DNA of 64,000 nt, taken from NCBI GenBank assembly GCA_963664825.1, contig OY761614.1, forward strand, positions 224,001-288,000, written 5' to 3'. A model generated the notes under the pieces. It was not told the DNA's origin and ran no database searches. It saw nothing but the letters and a program-made list of their open reading frames with translations. Numbering within the stretch: position 1 is the first letter of the stretch; every line of letters begins with the position of its first letter. Positions 39,752-48,615 of this stretch are shown here, in pieces. Position numbers and translations under genes: made by a program. Source of the stretch: an uncultured Holophaga sp. GTDB lineage: Bacteria; Acidobacteriota; Holophagae; Holophagales; Holophagaceae.

Positions 39752-41899
39752 CTATTCGGCCAGTTTGGCAAGCCCCAGCAGGGCTCGCTCCATGGTGGCG
39801 AAGACGGGCAGGCCCGCCTTCATGAGAGAGGCGCGATAGGGATCGAAGTCGAAGCCCGCGTCCACGGCGACGCCGATGCGGGTGCCCGTGCGGCGGGCGA
39901 TGGCCATGAGGGCGCAGGCAAAGGCATCCATCTTCTGGGGGTCGCGAGTTTCCAGGCGCTGTGTGAGGGGCACGAGGCCCACCACCACGCTATCGGCCTC
40001 CCCCTGGGCGATGAGCTCTGTGCCCTCCAGGTAGGGGGCCTCGGAGGCCATGGGCGTCAGGTCCAGGGGCAGATGGGCGCCCACCAGCCCCGAGAGGCCG
40101 TACTTCTCGATGAGGGCGGCCAGGGCCGCCTTCTCCCCATCGCCCAACCGAGCGGCTTCCAGGGGACCCTCCACCAGATCGGCACTGACGACGCTCTCGA
40201 AGCCCGCATTGGTGACGATGGCGGTCTTCTTCGGCTTGCCATCCGGGAAGGAGGCCAGCCAGAAGAGCACGGCATCGAAGTCCGCCAGGCTCTCGCAGAC
40301 GATGACCCCCGCGCGTCGGAGAAGGGCCTTCTGCAGCTCCCAGTCCCCGGCGAGAGCGCCCGTGTGGCTGCTGGCGGCGGCCATGCCCGCCTGGCTGCGC
40401 CCCCCCTTGTAGAGCACCACCTTGCGGCCCTTGGCCACGAGCTCCTGGGCGGTGGTGGAAAAGTCCAGCAGATCCCCCGGGGCAAATCCCTCCACGTAGG
40501 TGGCCAGCACCTTCAGTTCCGGGTCGGCGCCCAGGGCCTTCAGGAAGCCCGAGAGGCCCAGATCCATCTGGTTGCCGATGGAGCAGGCGTAGCGCATGGG
40601 GAGATAGGGGCAGGCCGACAGGCGGCTCACCAGGAAGGCGCCGGACTGGCTCACCAGGGCCAGGGGCCCCCCGGGCAGCCTAGCGGGCAGCTTGGCGGCG
40701 GGGATGAAGAGGGAATTCAGGTTCTTGTCGGCGCTCAGGAAGCCCAGGCCGTTGGGTCCGATGATAAGGGGCGTCCACAGCTTTTGGGTGCGGCGCTCCG
40801 CCAGGAGCTGCTGGACGCGCGCTCCGAAGCCGGACTTGTCGGCGCCGTCTCCGATGCCGCCGGAGATGAGGTAGAGCACCTCCGCGCCGCCCCCCTGGGC
40901 GCAGAGCTGTTCGATGGTCTCCACCGCGACGGGCGCCGGGAGGCTCACGATGAGGATATCCACGGGCCGAGTCAGCAGCTCCTTCACGCTCTCCAGGCAG
41001 GGCAGGCCGTCGATTTCAGGCGTTCCGGGCTTGATGGGCACGAGGCCCTCCCGCTCCATGCCGCCCAGGAGCAGGTTGTCCAGGATGATGCGGCCGGGGT
41101 TGCCGGGCTTATTGGAAATGCCCGCCAGAGCGATGCTGCGAGGGCGCAGGAGGATCTCCTGGAGCCGGGACGCATCGAAAATGGCCTTGGGCGCGCGAGG
41201 CGCAGCCGCCTCGCAAGTCCCCACCCCATCCAGGGCGATGGGCCGCCCCGTCTCGTCGAGGACTACGGGATTCATCTCCAGGAGGGTGGCGCCTTCCGCT
41301 TCCAGCAAGGCCACCAGTTTCCAGAGTCCCTGGAAGAAGGTCGCGAGCTTGGCCTCATCGGTGAGGGCCTTCCCCTGGCGCAGGGTGCCCAACCAGGTCC
41401 GCCCCAACCAATGGGCCTTGAACTCCATCAGCGCCTGCTCGGGGGTCGTCAGCGCCACGGGCCACAGGAGGGGACCGATCTCCTCGCCCCAGGCATTGGT
41501 GAGCACGCCGCCCAGTCCGACGACGATGGTCCAGCCCGCGTCCGGCGTCTTCCGGAGGGCCACGAGAGCCTCACAGGGCATCCCTGAGACCTTACGGAAA
41601 TCCACCAGCCGGGCAACAAGAGTGCCCACATACTCGCCGTGGGCGCTGGCGGTGGATTTCATCTGCTGATGGTGTTCCCAGACCTTGGAGGCATTGAAGC
41701 TCTCGAATTGCACCAGCCCCAGATCGGACTTGTGCCAGACATCCATGGCCGTCCCCTTGAGGACGATGGGTTGACCCTCCTCGAAGCCGAGCTGGGCCAG
41801 GTCTTCCTTCTGGCGCACCACGCCCCACTGATCGATGGCGAGACCCACCTGCTCGAGGAGTTCGTAGGCGTGGATCTCATGGATGAAGCGCGCGTTCAT
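39752..41899 (-). CDS. ADP-forming acyl-CoA synthetase (acetate--CoA ligase family), ATP-grasp domain N-terminal
   Basis: HKSDLGLV and EMNP..ALD (ATP-grasp), then IGPNGLG, SQSGA, SIGNQMD, SSHTGALAG (phospho-His). Confidence 0.88.
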   Translation of the reverse strand: MNARFIHEIHAYELLEQVGLAIDQWGVVRQKEDLAQLGFEEGQPIVLKGTAMDVWHKSDLGLVQFESFNASKVWEHHQQMKSTASAHGEYVGTLVARLVDFRKVSGMPCEALVALRKTPDAGWTIVVGLGGVLTNAWGEEIGPLLWPVALTTPEQALMEFKAHWLGRTWLGTLRQGKALTDEAKLATFFQGLWKLVALLEAEGATLLEMNPVVLDETGRPIALDGVGTCEAAAPRAPKAIFDASRLQEILLRPRSIALAGISNKPGNPGRIILDNLLLGGMEREGLVPIKPGTPEIDGLPCLESVKELLTRPVDILIVSLPAPVAVETIEQLCAQGGGAEVLYLISGGIGDGADKSGFGARVQQLLAERRTQKLWTPLIIGPNGLGFLSADKNLNSLFIPAAKLPARLPGGPLALVSQSGAFLVSRLSACPYLPMRYACSIGNQMDLGLSGFLKALGADPELKVLATYVEGFAPGDLLDFSTTAQELVAKGRKVVLYKGGRSQAGMAAASSHTGALAGDWELQKALLRRAGVIVCESLADFDAVLFWLASFPDGKPKKTAIVTNAGFESVVSADLVEGPLEAARLGDGEKAALAALIEKYGLSGLVGAHLPLDLTPMASEAPYLEGTELIAQGEADSVVVGLVPLTQRLETRDPQKMDAFACALMAIARRTGTRIGVAVDAGFDFDPYRASLMKAGLPVFATMERALLGLAKLAE

Positions 41900-42171
41900 G
41901 AAGGCTCCTGTCACCCGCGAAGAAAGGGGGCGAGACTCCTTGAAGTATCACGGGCGGGCCCTGTGGCGAGGATCACAGGCCTATCCGCAACGGGCCGGAT
42001 CATCTCACTAGGAGGGGAACAGCCCTTGGGAATTTTCCGTGATGCACTCCTGGACAGGAAAATTTGGCCGATAACATGAATTGAAACGGGTCATCGAGTC
42101 CTAGGATTAATCTGTTCCAAGGCCCCAGCCGAATCGGGGTGAACCAAGCCACTCCTCACCAAGGAAGCGCC

Positions 42172-42576
42172 ATGAAATTGAAAACCGCTGCCATCGCCCT
42201 CCTCCTCGGCGTCGCCTCCACCTGGGCGCCCGCGGCGGACCTATCCGTCGCCGCCAAACTCGTCAAGATCATCGCCACGGCCACGGGCGGAAAGGTCTCC
42301 TGCCGGGATGCGGCCATGAAGGCCGCCCTGGAAGGTGTAGGAGTCACGGTGGACGGTGATTCCAAGATCGTCTGGGCCACCAATCCCATGGAAGTCAAGA
42401 TGGCGCGGAGTCAGAACCGCCTCGTGGTCACCGGCAACAAGAGTCTCCTGGGCAACGGAGCGGCCATCGCCATCGTGGAGGAGGGGGGCAAGCCCAAGAT
42501 CTACCTGCAACAGGCCAATATCACGGCCAGCGGCGTGACCTTATCAGACGCCATCTACAAGGTCGGCGCGAAATAG
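42172..42576 (+). CDS. Secreted YfiR/DUF4154-like protein
   Basis: Signal peptide; C-terminal AIAIVEEGGKPKIYL....ASGVTLS resembles the YfiR C-terminus. Confidence 0.6.
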   Translation: MKLKTAAIALLLGVASTWAPAADLSVAAKLVKIIATATGGKVSCRDAAMKAALEGVGVTVDGDSKIVWATNPMEVKMARSQNRLVVTGNKSLLGNGAAIAIVEEGGKPKIYLQQANITASGVTLSDAIYKVGAK

Positions 42577-42586
42577 ACGATATCAG

Positions 42587-42706
42587 AAAGGGGGGACCGC
42601 CTGCTCCCTTCGCTCGCGACGTCCCCCCTTTGACCCCCACGCGGCGCCAGGGCAAAGCCCAGGTACCGCGTCTGTCATTTCAGTGGGGGACCGCCTGCTC
42701 CCTTCG
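42587..42706. repeat. REP/MITE-like element with 22-bp direct repeat and nested hairpins
   Basis: gggggaccgcctgctcccttcg at 42591-42612 and 42685-42706; 11-bp inverted repeat 42587-42597 / 42621-42631. Confidence 0.75.
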
Positions 42707-42717
42707 GGCTCCGGGGA

Positions 42718-43608
42718 TCATCCCCCCCAGCTCACCCAGCCCGCCCTTCCCGGAATCTCCCGGCGCGTGATCTCGCGAGCCGGGAGGTTCTGCTGTAGCC
42801 ACTCCGGTCGCCACTGGGCATGGGTCAGGATCCGGGTCTCCCGGGCCTTCAGTCCGGCCAGGAAGGCGTCGAAGACCGTCGCCAGGGCCCCGCCCTCCAC
42901 TTCGGTGTGAAGGGCGTAGACATTCAGGGATTCGTCGCGAATCAGGCCGAAGAGCCGCTCGTTGACCTGATGGCCATCCATCCCGTCGAGCCCCAGCAAC
43001 TCGTCCATGGTCGGCAGTGTGGTGGGAATCTGAAGGGTTTGGAGCCTCTTCCCTTTCACGATGGGGTAGAAGGGCTCGGTGCCCCGACAGTCCCCCGCGT
43101 AATCCAGCCCGTAGGCTTCCTGGAGCTCGAGAGTGGCCTCATTGCAGCGCCAGGCCGGGCTCACCGCGCCCCGGGCAGGCTCGCCGAAGACTTCCTGAAA
43201 GGCCCCGTGGGCCCGGTCGAACCAATCCTGGAGCCAAGCCCTGGACTTCCGATCCAAGAGATCGTGGTACTGCACATGATCCCAGCCGTGGATGGCCACC
43301 TCGTGGCCCGCCTCCCGGGCGGCGCGCATCTGTTCGGCGGCCCGGGTGTAGATGATGGGGGCCGGGAGCAGGACGCCGTACATCATCGTCTTGAAGCCGT
43401 ACAGCTTCACGCCGTTGGTGCGGCGCATCTTCTCCAGGAAACCCTTGCGGAAGATGCGCCGGAGCGCCTTTCCGGAGTTATCGGGACCGAAGGAAAAATA
43501 GAAACTGGCGCGCATCCCATGGCGGTCGAGCATGCGCAGCAGATTGGGAATGCCCTTGAGGGAACCCTCCAGGGTGTCCACATCCACGCGAAGGGAAAGA
43601 CTCTTCAT
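42718..43608 (-). CDS. arnD: ArnD-like polysaccharide deacetylase (undecaprenyl-P-L-Ara4FN deformylase)
   Basis: LRVDVDT..G, FSFGPDN.G, HGWDH, QIPTTLPT.DE, HTEVEG. Confidence 0.8.
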   Translation of the reverse strand: MKSLSLRVDVDTLEGSLKGIPNLLRMLDRHGMRASFYFSFGPDNSGKALRRIFRKGFLEKMRRTNGVKLYGFKTMMYGVLLPAPIIYTRAAEQMRAAREAGHEVAIHGWDHVQYHDLLDRKSRAWLQDWFDRAHGAFQEVFGEPARGAVSPAWRCNEATLELQEAYGLDYAGDCRGTEPFYPIVKGKRLQTLQIPTTLPTMDELLGLDGMDGHQVNERLFGLIRDESLNVYALHTEVEGGALATVFDAFLAGLKARETRILTHAQWRPEWLQQNLPAREITRREIPGRAGWVSWGG

Positions 43609-44321
43609 GCCGAGTGCCCGTTCCGCAGGTTTTCAGAGCGGTCCGTCCTCCGCGCCTGGATGAAGCGCCGCAGGGCCTCCCGGGTCTGGTCGGTCATGCA
43701 GCCCAGCACCAGTCCCAGGCGGGTGGGCAGGGCATCCTCGTCCAGCCATTCCAAGTGGCACACCTTGCCGGTGGTGCGCACCTGGACCCCCCCGGGCAAT
43801 TCGGTCTCCACCTCCACCTGGGCGTGGAGATCGATGAACAGGTGCTCGGTGAGCCCGAGTCCCAGGCCGGTCTCCGTGAGATTGAGCAGCTTGGCGGGAT
43901 AGACCCGGTCCTTGAATTCCAGTTTGGCCTCCAGGGGCGGGAGATCGGCGGTGGCCACACGGACATCGCCCCGCTGGTGGACCTCCATGTGAGCCTGGGG
44001 CCATTCGATCCTCAGGACCGGGGGATAGAGCGTATCGGAATCCCCGCACAGGATGGGGTCCAACATGCGGCTCTGGAGGGAAAGAATCTCGTCTTCCATC
44101 AGCACCGAAACGGCCACCGCCGCCCCCTTGGGAGGCAACTGGTCCCGGCGTTTGGCGCCGCTCAGATGGACCGCGACCCCGGCTTCGATGCCGGTGATGT
44201 GGAGATCCCCCAGGAGCCGGACGCTGCCCACGGCCCGCACACTCGCCGGGACCATGGATTCCCTCGCCTTCTGGAGCAGGTCCTCCATTTCCTTGGGACT
44301 CAGGTTCCTGAATTCGGACAT
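43605..44321 (-). CDS. PilZ-domain (YcgR-like) protein
   Basis: QRGDVR (RxxxR) and NLTETG (D/NxS/TxxG) c-di-GMP motifs; ATGA overlap with arnD. Confidence 0.8.
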   Translation of the reverse strand: MSEFRNLSPKEMEDLLQKARESMVPASVRAVGSVRLLGDLHITGIEAGVAVHLSGAKRRDQLPPKGAAVAVSVLMEDEILSLQSRMLDPILCGDSDTLYPPVLRIEWPQAHMEVHQRGDVRVATADLPPLEAKLEFKDRVYPAKLLNLTETGLGLGLTEHLFIDLHAQVEVETELPGGVQVRTTGKVCHLEWLDEDALPTRLGLVLGCMTDQTREALRRFIQARRTDRSENLRNGHSA

Positions 44322-44332
44322 TTCAATTCCTT

Positions 44333-45073
44333 TCAAAGCCCATGAAAGAGACGCTCGGCAAGATTCGGATGAAGTCCCGCGGCCTGGATGGCTTTCGCGG
44401 CCCCCTTGTAGTCGTATTCCAGCCGGTGGAGCCGCAGGCGCTTTCCCTTGGGATCGTAGCTGGCAAAGCTAAGCCGGGTATCCCGATCCCGGGGTTGTCC
44501 CACGGAACCGGGGTTGATCAGGTAGCGGCAGCCTTCCCGCAGACGGAACCAGGAACCGGCCTCCAGGTGGATCCAGGTCAGGGTGCCCCGGCCCTCGTCC
44601 AGCTCGAAACCGCCCGGCAGATGGGTGTGGCCGAAGAAACAGAGCTGGGAACGGAAGGCATCGAAGGCCGACAGGGCCTCCCGGGGATGAAGGATGTAGG
44701 CATCCTCGTCCACCGGAGAACCGTGGGAGATCTCGTAATCATCACCCACCCAGGACGGCCCTTCCGGCAGTTCCTGGAGGAAGCGCCGATGCTCCCGGGT
44801 CAAACGTTCCCGAGTCCAGGCCGCGGCCGTCCGGGCAGGGAGACTGAAGCTGCCATCCTCCTCGGCCCAGGCGCAGGCCCGATCATGGTTGCCCCGCACC
44901 AGGATCCTGGGCTTCAGGGTCTGGATGCGATCCAGCACCTGGTTGGGCTGAGCGCCGTACCCCACGAGATCGCCCAGAAGGACGAAGCGGGAGACCGCCC
45001 GCCGATGGGCGTACCGCATCACCGCGCGCAGGGCGTGGAGGTTGGCGTGGATGTCAGAGAGAATGAGGTCCAT
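44333..45073 (-). CDS. Calcineurin-like metallophosphoesterase
   Basis: SDIHAN, GDLVGYG, RGNHD, HGSP, GHTH, NPGSVGQPRD. Confidence 0.92.
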   Translation of the reverse strand: MDLILSDIHANLHALRAVMRYAHRRAVSRFVLLGDLVGYGAQPNQVLDRIQTLKPRILVRGNHDRACAWAEEDGSFSLPARTAAAWTRERLTREHRRFLQELPEGPSWVGDDYEISHGSPVDEDAYILHPREALSAFDAFRSQLCFFGHTHLPGGFELDEGRGTLTWIHLEAGSWFRLREGCRYLINPGSVGQPRDRDTRLSFASYDPKGKRLRLHRLEYDYKGAAKAIQAAGLHPNLAERLFHGL

Positions 45074-45237
45074 AGGGGGATTTCAGGAGAGTGTCGCATG
45101 ATCCCGTCCCCGGACGATATTTCCTTGAGCAGGGGACTTCTCCGACTCTGGGATATGCAAAGGCTGGGAGGGACTCCCCAGTCTAGATGCCGCAATCGGG
45201 CCACTCGTCACAATCGGGAAAATTCACCCCGCCCTTT

Positions 45238-46383
45238 TCAGGCGGGCAGCAGTCCCGCCGCCAGTGCCTCCGGGCTGCGCCCCAGAGGGAGGACCATGGG
45301 AGCCTCGGCCCAGCGCGCCGTCCGGACGCGCCAGCGGGCCAAGAAAGGGCCCCGCTGGCGGGCCAGGGGCCGCTCGGGATCCTGGGCCACGCGTTCCCAA
45401 GCCACACGGGGGTCTTCCGCGATCCAGAGCACCTGGCAGGCCGCTTCGCGCACCCTTTCCCGAATTTTTGGACTCTCCCAGGCGCCCCCTCCCAGGGCCA
45501 CCACCCGGGGCCTTTCCAGCAGAGAGGAGAGGCCCTCTTCTTCAAGGCAACGGAAGGCCCCTTCGCCCTCCTCCGCGAAGATGCGGGCAATGGGCTTCCG
45601 GACCTGCCGCGCCACCTCCTCATCCAGATCGAGGGCGGGCAAGCCGAGCCTCGCCGCCAGGGCCCGGGCCAGGGCGGACTTCCCGCTGCCGCTGCCCCCC
45701 ACCAGAATGAGGCCGCTCCTGCGAAGGGGAGGCATGGCCCGCCAGCGCGCCAGCTGGGCCTTCCAGAGCAGTTCCGAGGGCGATTCGACCCGGGTGATCT
45801 CGCCCACCATGGCCAGACTCTCGGCCCCGACCTGGAAACAGGCCTCCGCATCCGCCAGGGTAAGCCCGCCGATGGCCACGGGCGCAAGGTCCTGGGCCCG
45901 GAGCTCCGCACAGCCCCGGCGCAGTCCCTCCAGGCCGATGGGCACGGCGTGATCCCCCTTGGTCGCCGTCGCCCGGAAGGGCCCCAGCCCCGCATGATCG
46001 CAGGCCTCGTCCACTAGGTCCCACTCCCGATCCTCATGGGTGGAGGTGCCTAGATGCAGTCCCGAAAGCCCCGACAGGCGCCGGGCCTGGGAGGGGGGCA
46101 GGTCCCCCTGGCCGAGATGGAGACCCCAGGGAGGAAGTCCTTCCCGAGCCGCCAGAACCGCCAGGTCCGCGCGGTCATTGACACAGATCAGGGGCCAACC
46201 ACCATTGGCCTCGGATTCCTCCAGGGCCGTGCGCAACTGGCACCATTGTTCGCCCGCATCCAGCGGCTTTCCCCGGAACTGCACCAGGGGAAAGCCCCAT
46301 TCCCCCAGGCGGCGGATCTGGGCCGCCAGAGGCAGCGCATTCCGGGCATCGGTGATGGGATAGAGGGGCGGGAGCTGGAGCAT
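45238..46383 (-). CDS. thiE: Fusion of thiamine-phosphate synthase (ThiE) and shikimate kinase (AroK)
   Basis: N-terminal QFRGK, VND, GLHLGQGD, STH, TATK, AIGG; C-terminal GGSGSGKS, DLD, IF...GE.AFR, LGGG, RPL. Confidence 0.85.
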   Translation of the reverse strand: MLQLPPLYPITDARNALPLAAQIRRLGEWGFPLVQFRGKPLDAGEQWCQLRTALEESEANGGWPLICVNDRADLAVLAAREGLPPWGLHLGQGDLPPSQARRLSGLSGLHLGTSTHEDREWDLVDEACDHAGLGPFRATATKGDHAVPIGLEGLRRGCAELRAQDLAPVAIGGLTLADAEACFQVGAESLAMVGEITRVESPSELLWKAQLARWRAMPPLRRSGLILVGGSGSGKSALARALAARLGLPALDLDEEVARQVRKPIARIFAEEGEGAFRCLEEEGLSSLLERPRVVALGGGAWESPKIRERVREAACQVLWIAEDPRVAWERVAQDPERPLARQRGPFLARWRVRTARWAEAPMVLPLGRSPEALAAGLLPA

Positions 46384-46513
46384 GGTGCAGACAGGTTAAC
46401 GCCCCGGAAGCCCATCCGGTTTCGCGTTCAAAGGATCTGATTCACCACGACACGGGAGTCCAGGGATGAAGCAGCGCCTGGCTTTTCCGGGATCATTTCC
46501 GTGGTGCAGGATC

Positions 46514-47056
46514 CTAGGCCGTGGGCCCCTCGATGGGTTCCAGCGTGAGCATGGGGCTATTGATCTCCATGGTGGCGCCTTCCTCCACGTGAATACAGAC
46601 CACCTTGGCGTTCATGGGCGCGGTGTACTCGTTCTGCATCTTCATGGCTTCCAGGATGAGGATGGGCTGGCCCTCTTCCACCGTCTCGCCCTCCTGGACC
46701 AGGAGCTTGACCACCTTGCCGGGCATCAGGGCCTTCACCAGGCCACATCCGGCCAGCTTGGCCCGGGCCATGGCGGCGGCCAGCAGGGTCTTGTGGGGAT
46801 CCTGGAGGGTGAAATCGTAGGCGCCATCGTAGAGGCTGGCCCGGAAACCGTGGAGATCGGGATCCATGGTGCGCACCCGGTCGATGTTCACACCCACCGA
46901 ATGGCCTTCCATGATGATGGAATAGCTGGTGGGCTCGACCCTCACCAGGTCCAGGGGGATCTCCTCACCATCCCAGACCATGAGGAGCGTCCCATGGTGC
47001 CTGTGGATCTCGAGTTCGTGGGTCTCGTCGCCGATCGTCAGTGTGCGTTTCATCAT
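46514..47056 (-). CDS. Biotin carboxyl carrier protein
   Basis: MPGKVV...EAMKMQNE biotinylation motif. Confidence 0.92.
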   Translation of the reverse strand: MMKRTLTIGDETHELEIHRHHGTLLMVWDGEEIPLDLVRVEPTSYSIIMEGHSVGVNIDRVRTMDPDLHGFRASLYDGAYDFTLQDPHKTLLAAAMARAKLAGCGLVKALMPGKVVKLLVQEGETVEEGQPILILEAMKMQNEYTAPMNAKVVCIHVEEGATMEINSPMLTLEPIEGPTA

Positions 47057-47080
47057 TCCATCCTGCGTGAATGCATCGAT

Positions 47081-48571
47081 TTAGAAGCGGTTGAACTTCC
47101 CGTGGCGCTTCCAGGCCTCTCCAGGCCCGTCCGCCCCCACGGGCTGCTGCGCCCGGAATTCCTCCAACTCCAGCTCGTCGAAGAGGGCCGCGGCCACCGC
47201 GAACTTCAGGTTGGGACCCATGCCTTTCTGCTTCCACCAGGGGTGGTCCAGCAGGTTGGTGCAGTACTCGCCCTTCAGGAAGGGCTTGTGCTCGGTAAGG
47301 GCCTTGTGGAAGGCCACGTTGTTGCGCACCCCGCCGATGCGATATTCCGAAAGGGCCGCGTGCATCCGGGCGATGGCCAGCTCCCGGTTGGGTCCCCAGG
47401 TGCTGAGCTTGGAGAGCAGGGGCGCGTAGAAAGCCGAGAGCTCCCAGCCATAGAAGACGCCACTGTCATCCCGCACATTGCGCCCCGCGGGCGTGCGGAG
47501 ATAGTTGATGAGCCCGGCACTGGGAGCGAAGTCCCGGTGGGGATCCTCGGCGTTGATGCGGCACTGAAAGGCGTGGCCCCACAGGGGAATCTGCTCCTGG
47601 GTCAGGGGCAGGGTCTCGCCCTTCGCGACGCGAATCTGCCAGCGGACGAGATCCTCCCCGGTGATCCACTCCGTGACCGCGTGTCCCCCCTGGATCCGGC
47701 AGGTCATCTCCAGGAAGTAAAAGTTCCGATTCTCGTCCAGCAGGAATTCCACCGTGCCGACGCCCACATAGCCCGCCTTCCGGGCGATGGCGATGGCCGC
47801 TTCGCCCAGCTGGGTGCGAAGCTCCGGGGTCACGAAGGGCGAAGGCGCCTCCTCGGCCACCTGCTGGAAACGGCGCTGGATCGATCCGTCCCGCTCCCAC
47901 ATGTGCACGTAGTTTCCGTGGGTATCGCCCACGATCTGCACCTCGATGTGCCGGGCATGGGTCAGGGCCTTCTCGACGTAGACCCGCTCATCCCAGAAGC
48001 TGAAGATGGCGTCGCCCTTCACTCGGGGAAGGGCTCGGCGCAGTTCCCCGGGGGTCTTCACCCGACGCATCCCCTTGCCATCCCGGCCGAGCACGGGCTT
48101 CACCATGAGCGGATAACCCAGTTCACCGGCCTTGGCCACCAGGGTCTCGTCATCCAGGGTCTCGGCGATGGCCGGCAGGACCGGCACGCCCAGCTTCTGA
48201 GCGAGTTCCCGGGCCTTGACCTTGTCGCCCATGATCTCCAGGGTCTCGGGACTGGGTCCCACCCAGGTGAGCCCGGCCTCCTGGATCTTCCGGGCGGCTT
48301 CCGGGTCCTCGCTGATGAACCCGTAGCCGGGATGGATGGCGTCGGCGCCAGAGAGCTGGGCGGCCTCGATCAGGTGGTCCACCCGCATGTAGCTTTCCCG
48401 GCTGGGCGTGGGGCCGATGGGGTAGGAATCGACGGCTAGGCGGACATGCATGGAGCAGCGATCAGAGTCCGAAAAGACCGCCACCGTGGGGATATCCATC
48501 TCCCGGCAGGTGCGGATGATCCGGCAGGCGATCTCTCCCCGGTTGGCGATGAGCAGCTTGGTGACGGGCAT
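47081..48571 (-). CDS. Biotin carboxylase homologue with substituted active-site residues
   Basis: LIANRGEIA, IHPGYG, RHIEVQ and CRINAEDP identify the family, but GGGG is GRDG, HQK is FQQ and EMNTRLQVEH is EMTCRIQGGH. Confidence 0.9.
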   Translation of the reverse strand: MPVTKLLIANRGEIACRIIRTCREMDIPTVAVFSDSDRCSMHVRLAVDSYPIGPTPSRESYMRVDHLIEAAQLSGADAIHPGYGFISEDPEAARKIQEAGLTWVGPSPETLEIMGDKVKARELAQKLGVPVLPAIAETLDDETLVAKAGELGYPLMVKPVLGRDGKGMRRVKTPGELRRALPRVKGDAIFSFWDERVYVEKALTHARHIEVQIVGDTHGNYVHMWERDGSIQRRFQQVAEEAPSPFVTPELRTQLGEAAIAIARKAGYVGVGTVEFLLDENRNFYFLEMTCRIQGGHAVTEWITGEDLVRWQIRVAKGETLPLTQEQIPLWGHAFQCRINAEDPHRDFAPSAGLINYLRTPAGRNVRDDSGVFYGWELSAFYAPLLSKLSTWGPNRELAIARMHAALSEYRIGGVRNNVAFHKALTEHKPFLKGEYCTNLLDHPWWKQKGMGPNLKFAVAAALFDELELEEFRAQQPVGADGPGEAWKRHGKFNRF

Positions 48572-48615
48572 GGTTTCATCCTTCACGAACTTCGACACCG
48601 TCCAGGTCGGACGCG

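Noticed and set aside
42591..42706. 22-bp direct repeat as a mini-CRISPR
   Set aside because: Only two copies, a 72-nt structured spacer, and no cas genes or leader.
45188..45218. Sigma54-like site and caatcggg direct repeat upstream of the phosphoesterase operon
   Set aside because: The -12 element is a poor match and an 8-bp repeat alone is too weak.
46441..46508. caccacg...cgtggtg inverted repeat
   Set aside because: Only 7 bp with a long spacer; may be a decayed REP but is not supportable.
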